Source: Ruditapes philippinarum
Taxonomy: Eukaryota
Length of the DNA stretch: 58,258 nt
Direction: 5' to 3'
Assembly: GCF_026571515.1 (NCBI RefSeq)
Contig: NW_026856310.1
Span: 1 to 58,258, forward strand
The notes beneath the pieces are model-generated. The model ran no database searches and had not been told where the DNA came from. It worked only from the letters and a program-made list of their open reading frames with translations. Of the stretch, positions 47,610 through 58,258 are shown piece by piece. Both the position numbers and the translations under genes were made by a program. The first letter of the stretch is position 1. Every line of letters begins with the position of its first letter.

Positions 47610-48022
47610 TTAACCAGTTTTTCAAAGAAAACCGGGTAATTGTAATGCCGGCAGGCGGGCGGGCGGGCGTAAACATTTGGTTTCCGCTCAATGACTTTAG
47701 TTTGCTTTGGCCTATTGACACCTAACTTGGTGTGTAGGTAGCTTATATCAAGAGGAAGCTTGGGATTGCTACACAGGTGTATGTGATCAAGGTTAATGTA
47801 TTTAGTTATCATGTTATAACTAAAGTTTACTTTGACCTTCTGACACCAAACTTGCTGAGTGGCAGCTTTGGATTGCCACTTAGACACATGGGAGCAAGGT
47901 CAAGGTTATTTGCTTACAATAGAATTTTCAGCTTGTACTCAATAACGTTAGTGCACTTTGACCTATTGATTGCTGTCACATCAAAGCTTGGTCGTTGAAA
48001 ACCTGGTTTTCGTCCTTGTTTT
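47610..48022 (-). mobile_element. HINE/pearl-like element, reverse orientation
   Basis: Minus strand starts AACAAGGACGAAAACCAGG, contains TGACCTTG cores and (CCCG)n, and ends in a CCGGTTTTC...AAAAACTGG hairpin. Confidence 0.55.
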
Positions 48023-49037
48023 TTTTTTTTATTAAAAATTGAAATCTGACCATTTGATTGACTTCTTCTCTAGTCATTCGTCGCTAAAGAAATAATTCAA
48101 AAAAGGTCAGATTTCAATTTTGAATCAAAAACACAGTGCAAAATAGTGCAGCATTAACTTGCAAAAAGTAAATATATATTTGTATTAATTATACAAGATT
48201 GAGATAGACACTTACATTTGATTAACTATTCTTTAAACTTATTAACAGCAGAACAAAATAAACTGAGAAAATCCCTTTTATATAAGCTCAACTTTTTGAA
48301 CAACTCTATATAGACAAAGCAGTGAGGAATTTCATTCATAAAATCTGATATTTTTTGGAAATGATGAAAGGCTAAAAATAGTTCACTCGGAAAGCTGATT
48401 CTACGCGACCTCATATCTAATAATAACTGAGCTGTGTCAATGACCTGGACTGTTAATACAACGAATATTAGCCAGATATACCATCCTAAAAAACAGTACT
48501 TCTTTTCACAGTATTGTAGCTATTATACGAAATGTTTACTGTCACTTTTTTCGAATTCGCTGTTCACAAAACAATAAATAGATTTTCGGACATTCACAAT
48601 GTTAAGGTCTTCTAGTTATTTATAGCTTGCAATACTGCTTTCCGGTTCTCATTCACTATTATGACATGCTGCGAATCACCGAAGGGGAAACCAATATATG
48701 ACTTTACATAATAGAAATCGAAAGGAGTTCTTTAATACGAATTTAATTTTAGCTGTAAATCGAAGGGATTAATTGTTAAAAACCGGGTCCATGGACAAAG
48801 AAAATAGTAAACACAAATAGCTCCGTGCCTGTGGGCGCGGAGCAATAAAAAAAGAATGCATGAAAAATGTTGTACAGCAGAATTATTATATTAATAAATT
48901 AAATTAAAATGAACTATAACAAGAACATATTACATACCTTTTTATGAAATAAATAGGGAGGTTTAAAAATAGCCGGTTAACTGAGGATTCCAGTTTAGTG
49001 GAGATCAGATTTTGTGGTTTTCTACTGTACGATTATA

Positions 49038-50636
49038 GAAGAAGAAGAAGAAGAAGAAGAAGAAGAAGAAGAAGAAGAACGTTTATTTCACTTAAACTAC
49101 AAGTTTCTCGTGATTAACATATATACAAGCATACATATATAATGACATGAAAAATACAATGACATGAAAGTAAACATAATAATTATATTGGATGGACGAA
49201 ACAAAATAGAGATGACACTAATATTAAAGCATAATGGCTATTACATACACAGTAGTATACACAATAAAACTTTTCATTAGTTTGGTTCTGTTAGGTATAC
49301 ATAAAAGTAGGTTGAAATACATATCTAAGCATTAATAATCTGATATCGTAATTTGAAAGCTTCATTAATATATTGACAGAGCATAATTGTTTCTTTATTT
49401 TTATCACTTTTTAATAATTGAGTAAACTTAAACATACTTGGTCTGTTTCTATAATAATTCTTAATATATATTTTTCTTAAATTTTCATATGCAGGACACT
49501 TAAACACAAAATGGAACTCGTCCTCAATTTCATTTGTATTGCAAATTAAACAATATCTTAAATTTCGCTCTACTCTTTCACGTGAATATCTACCTGTCTG
49601 TATTCTAAGATTATGAGCTGAAATACGCAGTTTTGTCAAAGCTATTCTTAGTTTTCTTGATACAATATTTTCTAAATAAGGTGACATTTCAAAACTGTCC
49701 TTTACTGATTTATATAAAAATAATACATCATTACAATTAATACTAGCTCTCCATTCTTGTAAATATTCATCTATTAATCTCTGTTTAAAAACGACAATAA
49801 AACAATTTTGATTAACACTTAAAGGGTTTAACCATACATAAAAAAACCGTATTTTTCTAAAAGACTTCGTACATTTGCAAACCAGTTTGTATACCCTATA
49901 TTTATATCAGACATACACGAATTAACAATTGTAGTTATAATAATATTACTTGAACTTATTATCTTAAACCAAAATTTTACAATTCGAACATATCTGTTTA
50001 TATACAACGGATATCTTCCAAGTTCACCATACACAGCTGCGTTACTAGTAGATTTTCTAACACCAAGAATAGTTTTACAAAATTTCAAATGAATATTTTC
50101 TAACTTTTTTGATTTGTGAAAACCCCATACTTCACTTGCATACATTAAGATAGAACCAATAAAAGAGTCGAACAACTGTAGGGCTATTTTTGGTTTTGTT
50201 TCATATTTTTTCAAATTTGCCACTAAATTATTTAGGGCTTTTAAACTTTTACCATATAAAGTTTGAGTATTTAAGTTAAAATTTCCTGTATAATTCAATG
50301 TAACACCTAGATAATTAAAATCATTTACAATTTCTATATTATCTTGACCATAAAACCATTTTTCTCCTGCTCTTAAACCACCTCTCTTACGAAAAACTAC
50401 GATTTTGGTTTTGTTTACATTAACTTCTAATCCCCATTTATTGCAGTATTCATGAAGCTTATTTAATGAATTTTGAAGATCTAGAGGATTTTCATCAATT
50501 AATACCATATCATCAGCAAACAAAAGTAAAATTAGGCAAATGTCTTGAAGATCTATACCAGAATTTAAGTTATTTTGCAAATAAAGTTCTAGATCTTCAA
50601 TAAACAAGGAAAACATAACTGGGGAAATTATCTCCT
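49038..50636 (-). mobile_element. 5'-truncated non-LTR retrotransposon (LINE; RTE-X/CR1-like, clade not established)
   Basis: Reverse transcriptase motifs GEIISPVMFSLF, LLFADD and FNYLG; C-terminal RYCLICN..EDEFHFVFKC zinc motif; one frameshift near 49840; AATAAA followed by a (TTC)14 tail at 49038-49079. Confidence 0.9.
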
Positions 50637-51411
50637 TTTCCCTCTCTTTTTGTTTTTCATATTATCTTAATATTAGGTCCATCCTTTCACTGATTAAATT
50701 CCCTCTCCACTAATATAAAAATCCAAAATATCAGTTTACTATATCCAACAAAAAACACTCAATTTCGAGAGACACAAAAACACGTCTTACACCTTTCGCG
50801 CCATTATAATAGACTATATAAAACCACCTTGATGTCCAAATATTATGCAGTCTATGCAACATATCTTTAAGACTTTATTGTGCTTTCTTTTCCGTGTTTA
50901 TTTCGTTATTTTGCACCATATGTCTACTGCTACTTACGCAGAAAATGACATTTTTCGTATATTTTGACCTGTATTAGGTTATTTACCTGCACTATATGTG
51001 GCGCTTGCAGTGTATACACTACTTTCTTCGTTCACTTCACAATGTTTTTCCTTTAAAATAAAATTCAGAGTTTTCATGAAAATAAACATATATATAACTA
51101 TGTGTAAAATTCTGAAGAAAACCGTTCTGTTTTCGTCCTAAAAATTATTCTAACTCATATTGACAATTATATAGCATCATGCATGCATGTTGAAATATGA
51201 CATTCCGACAATTAAAGCATTGACAATCGATGAAAACTCCTAAACCCCCTCTTAAGGTAGGCTTATCAGCCGTACGTTTACAAAGTTTATATTAATGCAA
51301 AATATGGTATGAGACTTTATTTCTAAGTCTTTCACGAACTATATACTAAGTCATGAACATACATACATGTATTTAATTGAAAACAATTAGAATAAGCACA
51401 AAGAATTTTTA

Positions 51412-51592
51412 AGCTTTACTAGTGGAGGTTGAGCATTATTCCAGGAACAAACTGGCACGCGAGAAGAACCATCGACCTTTCGTTATCTTGCTAGATAGCA
51501 TCCTGACAAGAAAGTACCTCTGTTGGGATTCGAGTCCACAGCGGTAAGAGATCGGTACAATAACAAAGCCAGTCTTTACCCTTTCGCTGCCA
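51412..51592 (-). mobile_element. old SINE remnant
   Basis: AGCTTTACTAGTGGAGG and GGATTCGAGTCCACAGCGGT resemble the 44805 copy. Confidence 0.4.
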
Positions 51593-52258
51593 GAGGGTTT
51601 TTTATTGATCACCTAGGTGCCAGAAGGATTTTTAAGAAATCACTATAGTATTAATTGATATAATTATTATTATTTGTTATAAGTATTATAATAATTATAT
51701 AAGTTTCCAAATCTGCTAGTATTATAATAATAATTATTGTCGATGGTATATTAATAAATTATTATTATTATAGAAACGGCAAAAGCCGTCCATATGGCAA
51801 ATACGCCGAAAATAATAGGGACGGCATATGTCGTCCCTATGGCAGTGAAAGGATTAAGGTAGAACATATATACAAAATGTACATTATTTTTCATGCACAA
51901 AGTTCTATTTAAATCAAACGAATACACATTAATAATCAGATGTAACAATGTCAACTTCTTCGACATAAAAAATGTGAAAAACAACTCATTCTTTATGTAA
52001 ATGTAAATCATACCAAAAATCAAGTAGTACACGAAATCACGCAGTCAAAACAATTACCCTCAAGTAAGACCAAATTAACCAACTAAAATGAAAACGTTTA
52101 ACAATACACATTGTCCAGGCCTCATTCTTGATCTTATTCTGTAGTTATATGGACCAGACTTAAAAGATAAACCTATTGTAAAAATTGTGCTATGGACAAC
52201 GCATATTTCGTACATAAAACAATGTCATTGCTATCAAAAAAATTGAAAGTATTATAAA

Positions 52259-55200
52259 NNNNNNNNNNNNNNNNNNNNNNNNNNNNNNNNNNNNNNNNNN
52301 NNNNNNNNNNNNNNNNNNNNNNNNNNNNNNNNNNNNNNNNNNNNNNNNNNNNNNNNNNNNNNNNNNNNNNNNNNNNNNNNNNNNNNNNNNNNNNNNNNNN
52401 NNNNNNNNNNNNNNNNNNNNNNNNNNNNNNNNNNNNNNNNNNNNNNNNNNNNNNNNNNNNNNNNNNNNNNNTTCATTTATCTTTTTATCTTTTTATAATT
52501 ATTTTTAAAATTTATTATAATTATACAGTACAGGACAATGTTTTATGTAAATTAAATGTTCTATTAAACGATATAGTTCAAAATGCACCATCATAATATT
52601 ATACAAAACAATGTTTATAAAATATGTTTTACAAAATAAAATACTGTTAGAAACGATGTATGAAATAATCAATGTTAAGAAACCTCATAATGATTAAAAG
52701 CCCATCGTGCCATAGAAATGCTATCATTTTTATTTCTCCAAAACTTTCATTTTTTGATATTTTGTTACAGTTTAAAAAAGAAAGAAAACATATTGCCTCT
52801 GTTCTAATTTGGCGTAAAGGGTTAAGTCAAGTACAAATAAACAGTAAAATGACCTACTCTTTAACTGGCGAATGAAAACGAAGGATATTTTCAACTAGGC
52901 AACACAATCAGCCATGATTGAGAAAAGTTTCATCATAATTTTCTTAGAAAAACTTTATTAATAAGAAAAACCGTTCATTATCTTGCAGAGTTGTATGAAC
53001 ATCGTGGAAAACTGAAATTTGATACTTCTAGGATCATGGGAAACAAAACATTGGTTCCCGTCAGCGAATCGGTATAATGTGAAGATAAATTATAAAAGGA
53101 AGGAATACAATTTCAAGATTAAACTTTACTGAAAATGTTTTGCAATTTTTGTAATTTTTGTTTAGTGAGNNNNNNNNNNNNNNNNNNNNNNNNNNNNNNN
53201 NNNNNNNNNNNNNNNNNNNNNNNNNNNNNNNNNNNNNNNNNNNNNNNNNNNNNNNNNNNNNNNNNNNNNNNNNNNNNNNNNNNNNNNNNNNNNNNNNNNN
53301 NNNNNNNNNNNNNNNNNNNNNNNNNNNNNNNNNNNNNNNNNNNNNNNNNNNNNNNNNNNNNNNNNNNNNNNNNNNNNNNNNNNNNNNNNNNGTTAATAAC
53401 TCGTTCGTTCATTAACACAACGCCTTGCCCAAAAACAAAGAGGTCAGTCAAATTTAGTATTATATTGAATATAAGAATCAAAATACAAATGTGCCGACTG
53501 GCTTTTTGTGTTGCTGTTGTTTGCTGTATTTGTTATCTTTTCTTTCAAGTAATCAAATACTTTTCCACAGTCCAGACCTCTTTTCAGATTGATAAAACAT
53601 ATGGTACGGACATGGTACACAATAATCAATTGTTAGTAGATAAGAAATAAATACAAGACAGTTTTTCAGTAAACAAAATTAAATGAATCTAAGGGTATTA
53701 AAATTGCACGAAAATAGGGATATTCTGATTCGATAATTCCGATTTTCGTTATTTGCTTTTCGTATAAAGAAATCGGCTTTGCAATGCTTTTCAGGTGTTG
53801 TGCGATGGTTTTTGACATTGCAGGAATTTATTTTATATAGCAATCTAGGAATGTACGCATGCTGAAACTGCATGTCTCCTGATGAGCCAAAATATCTAAA
53901 AAAATAACTTTCAAAATTATGTGCTAACATATAATGAATTTACAATGAACTCACAAGCATTGGTTTATTTCAGGATATGTTTTACTTTGCATTTTCTTAA
54001 AAGCACGTCCTACAGAGTAATTTTTGATTTAATTACAAGTGAAACAATTAACAGTTTACCATATAACCGATTATCGCTATGAATGACCTAAACGAAATTA
54101 CGGCGAAAGTTTTCCCAGAAATGAGTGCGTTTGTCCTAAATTTGGTTCAAATCCGGCACGCTGCGTACGATTAATGCGCGTTTATTTTACAATAGTCACC
54201 AGTAGTTGCCAGTCAGTGGAGGCGAAATGATGTTGATTTTATTTCTTTTATTAGGGATTTTTGTTTCGGGAGTGCATAGCAGGTACAATATTTTTCATTT
54301 TCTCGTGTAAATGATCATACATAGTTAAGGGAATTGAAAAAGAAATTTAAATATATTAATTCCACATTCACCTCTGAAACGATAATAATTTCCATCTTAT
54401 GAAAGAAAACACATGGGATTTACGTCGTTAACGTACTCATAGTTTATGAGCTTGTTTATAAGTTTGATGTTTGGTACTTGACAAAATAGCGTGAAATATA
54501 AAATGATTTTTTACAAAAGTATCCAATGTAAACAAAGTTGTATTTGGACTTCCATACAAAAAACGTTATCACTTTTATTGTACTAATCGACAGATTTGCA
54601 ACAGAAGAAAAAATAAAGTTCAGATAAATGGCTAATCAGCATTTATTTTCAAACTTTAACAAGATACAAAAAATAAATAGCTTTTCAAAAATGAAAATAA
54701 AGGCATTTGGGAGAGGGGCATAATAAGCCTTTATATGACATGTTTCTATTTAAATAAGACAAATGATATTCAGTTATAGATTAGTTTTTTTTTTGTTGTT
54801 GTTATTGTTTTCGTTTTTTTTTTTTTTGCTGATGCTTGGAAATGTGACCGTTTATATATCAATCTGGTCGCCTTATCTAAGAAAAGTGCGTTTACAGTAA
54901 AGTAGGTAAATTAACATTTAGTAAACAAAATTAGAGAAATTTCATAATGCGAAGGAATTGCTAGAAGTATTAAGTTTCTAACATCTGTTTCATGATTATG
55001 TTCCAAGAAATGATCCTATCATTTATATAGGTTAATCTTTATTAGTTAGCTTTTACAGAATTAAATTGGTCAGGCGCGGCGAGGCCGCATGACCAATTTG
55101 ATTTTGTAAAAACTTGCCTGCTTAGTTTTTTGTATTATTTTAATAAACAGTCGAGATTTACTAGACTGATTAACAGTGTGCCGATTCACCAAAGTTAATG

Positions 55201-55723
55201 TGTTACGATTCATTTGAAATACTGCAATCCTATTGAAAAAAGAAGAATTTCAAACACTGTGTTGTATTAGACAGTTATTTCGGAAATTGACACAAAAAAA
55301 TNNNNNNNNNNNNNNNNNNNNNNNNNNNNNNNNNNNNNNNNNNNNNNNNNNNNNNNNNNNNNNNNNNNNNNNNNNNNNNNNNNNNNNNNNNNNNNNNNNN
55401 NNNNNNNNNNNNNNNNNNNNNNNNNNNNNNNNNNNNNNNNACTTGGTTGTCTGCGTTTATATACATTTCTTTAAATGTAAATAAANNNNNNNNNNNNNNN
55501 NNNNNNNNNNNNNNNNNNNNNNNNNNNNNNNNNNNNNNNNNNNNNNNNNNNNNNNNNNNNNNNNNNNNNNNNNNNNNNNNNNNNNNNNNNNNNNNNNNNN
55601 NNNNNNNNNNNNNNNNNNNNNNNNNNNNNNNNNNNNNNNNNNNNNNNNNNNNNNNNNNNNNNNNNNNNNNNNNNNNNNNNNNNNNNNNNNNNNNNNNNNN
55701 NNNNNNNNNNNNNNNNNNNNNNN
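52259..55723. other. four assembly gaps: 52259-52471, 53170-53391, 55302-55440, 55486-55723
   Basis: Runs of N. Confidence 0.99.
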
Positions 55724-57850
55724 GTTGCTTTCGTTTTTCTTGAGACTTGATATATGTTTAACATTGTTTGAAAACAAGTTTTATCGTTTTATAACAGATG
55801 TCCCATTCGTGTTATATTAAAATATTTTTAATAAAGTGTGTACACAGGCGTATCACCTTAGGGGCAGGATCTGACCCAAGAGTCTGTGGTCATGATTTCT
55901 GTGTTTATATGACCAGATTGGTAAATAAATGGTCGAGATGATCGGTTACTGAACGGGATCCATTTCAAAAGTAAGAATATTTTGGGCTTTCCCAAAAACC
56001 GTGGTTACAAAAACACACTTAATCTTTTTAAATAAGGGCAACAGTTTATTTTTTCATCGGCAGTGCACCGGAAAAAATGTTTGTACCGGGGTCAAGCTTG
56101 AACACATTTGGTCGGTTCCATTTGGCAACTTTTTTATTTTATTTTAGTTTATTTATTTATTTATCTATCTATTTATTTATTTTGTGTGTTTGTGTGGCCT
56201 TTTATTTGAATAACAAAGCCGCTAACTACACACATCCACACGTGCTCTTTTACCAATAATTTAAAACAATTCTTACCTTAAGCTATGATACATTTTCAGC
56301 GGTTACTACTTTGTCATAGCCCCAAACGTATTAAGATTTGACCAAGATGAGACAGTTGTTGTAAGTGTTTTCGGAGAAAGAAATGCAAGTGTTAAGGTAA
56401 TGTATTAATTTATTTTATGTCATTGTAACAAGACGTTATTATTTACATCATATCTTTTATTATAGTTCAAGAAAATAATTGTCAAATTCAATTGTGATAT
56501 TTTATTCTTTACACTAATGCAACACTTTCAACAGCAATCAAATATAATTTGAATTATAATGGAAGTGAGTCACACATAAATGAAACAGCTTTAAGACACT
56601 TTGTAGTATACGCTACAGCAGATGTATATATTTTAAGATACGGGACATAGGTGTGATACAATTTTAAGATATCGAATAACAGTGAGATATCTTTTATATG
56701 ATATTTATTCACATCTTATAAATTAAGATCATCATTGGATCCAATATAATTAATTTAGCATCGATTTCATTGCCAGAGTACAAAAGACTCATATGAAATC
56801 TAGATCACATCCCATTTAGTCTCGTTTTCATTTCAAAAGACCAAAAGATGCATATTAAAAGTTTTATAAACATATATAATTGTGGTAGGTATTATATATT
56901 TGCATTTTGTTACCGTTTAACTTTTCATATTTATATTGATATACAAAATAGGTTTGGCTAGAGTACAAGGGGAAACAATTTTCGCCGAAAGATGTCATTG
57001 TTAAAGACCAAGGCGAGTAATTTACTTTAAATATCGAAATTAACTTTCAAAAATTTTATTTACTATTTATTCATTTTAGTATGTAAACAAAGTTATTCCT
57101 GTAAATGAGAAAAATAAATTAGCTGGATAATATCCAGTTACATTTATACTTGACTAGTTTTAGGTTTCAATTCTGACCGATATAACATATAGTAAAGAAT
57201 GAGCACGATGGCCGTATGACTCAATTACAACCCGCAAATATAAATTATTATTGGGGTTTTAATTTGATAATCAGACACAAAGGCCGTAAATATGAATTGT
57301 TAATTTGGTTTTTTAATTTTAGAAACCCCATTTTATACGACTGTTAAAGTCACTGAAGACGATATTTTTACCTCCATGGTTCAGAACAAGCCACGCAAAG
57401 TCAAATTATTTTCAGAATGGAACGGATTGAAGCAATCAAGGGACATAATTCTGAGCTATCATACAGGTTACCTGATCGTACAGACGGACAAACCGATTTA
57501 TACACCTGAACAAAACGGTATAGATGTTTTATTGTAATTCTTTTGTGGTTATTTAATGTTATTTTTAATAGAGATCTGTATTAATGTTCTTCAAATTTCT
57601 CATGCCTGTTTGCTTCAATATATCACAGTTATTTTATAGATTGTCTCTTATTGCTAAATTCCAATGCTGGAGGTAATGTCAATGTCTTAATGCAGATAAA
57701 TAATTTCAAGGCTGAATTAAGCAAATATCACATAGATCTGCATGTTAAAAAACCCAAAGTGTTTCCTTTTTTTCAGTTGAAATAAGAGCTCTAGCACTTG
57801 ACGAGTCATTGAAAGCTGTCAATGGTTGGCAAGTAGGCATGGATATTATT
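54227..57850 (+). CDS. C3: complement C3-like thioester-protein family gene, 5' part only; exons 54227-54282, 56300-56396, 56952-57012, 57323-57517, 57777-57850; continues beyond the window
   Basis: Spliced translation MMLILFLLLGIFVSGVHS-SGYYFVIAPNVLRFDQDETVVVSVFG...ILSYHTGYLIVQTDKPIYTPEQNVEIRALALDESLK gives a signal peptide, MG1 start and the MG2 QTDKPIYTP motif (TP favours C3/C4/C5 over A2M-type KP). Phases 2,0,1,1,0 are consistent. The thioester motif is not in the window, so C3 versus another TEP is not proven. Confidence 0.82.
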
Positions 57851-58258
57851 GTAAGTATACATATTCACTTTATGTAATATTGTCAGCCCTTGTACATTTT
57901 TAAGAATGTGGTTCTATGAAGCACAGTGAAACTAGAAGGCGTCTATGATCGAAATTTGATACAGTATGGACGAAAATTAACATACATATCTTTTTAAAGA
58001 AATGCGGCATTTACATTGAATGACAAATAAAACTGAACACTAAGGGGTTGTAACGACGGCGTCACATAACGCGAAACGTGTATAAAAGATATTTCTAGGT
58101 AGCGCACCTATCCTGCCTTGATATATTTTACTAGTTCACAGTTACTTGTATAGATCTTTATATCAAAATGGCACCATTATAGGCCTACAATCATTGTTCA
58201 TCGTAGTTGTGTGATCAATTTAAAAAAATTAGTTATCGTACAGTTTTTCGTTTGTGGT

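Noticed and set aside
53489-53650. Hydrophobic MCRLAFCVAVVCCICYLFFQ as the C3 signal exon
   Set aside because: No strong phase-2 donor to join 56300; the exon at 54227-54282 fits in phase and has a better cleavage site.
54102-54118. NF-kB-like site AAGTTTTCCC upstream of the C3-like ATG
   Set aside because: Only a half-site match; not distinguishable from chance.
52252-55777. ORFs containing X runs
   Set aside because: Artefacts of N gaps.

Overview
AT-rich eukaryotic scaffold with spliceosomal genes, four N gaps and many repeats. The repeat and gene families suggest a bivalve mollusc, probably a clam (inference). Six host genes can be reconstructed by hand: (1) a 4-exon NLR-like gene at 4404-8982 (+) encoding a DZIP3-like HEPN domain, a STAND NTPase of nSTAND3 type and about 10 ankyrin repeats, whose RxxxxH motif only appears after splicing; (2,3) two intronless tandem vwkA-type VWA-domain genes directly downstream (+); (4) TIMM22 (4 exons, -); (5) a 3-exon secreted protein of unknown family at 42848-45448 (+); (6) the first five exons of a complement C3-like gene from 54227 (+), absent from the ORF track. 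TIMM22 intron 1 holds a 5.6-kb TA-flanked TIR transposon with a decayed HIRAN-like gene and three nested insertions. The best candidate for a new system is the HEPN-STAND-ANK gene plus the VWA pair: the receptor N-terminus aligns without gaps to a Gly-rich segment near the C-terminus of the neighbouring VWA protein, a layout reminiscent of fungal and bacterial NLR/effector amyloid-signalling pairs. This is a hypothesis only. No searches were run; family names come from motif recognition.
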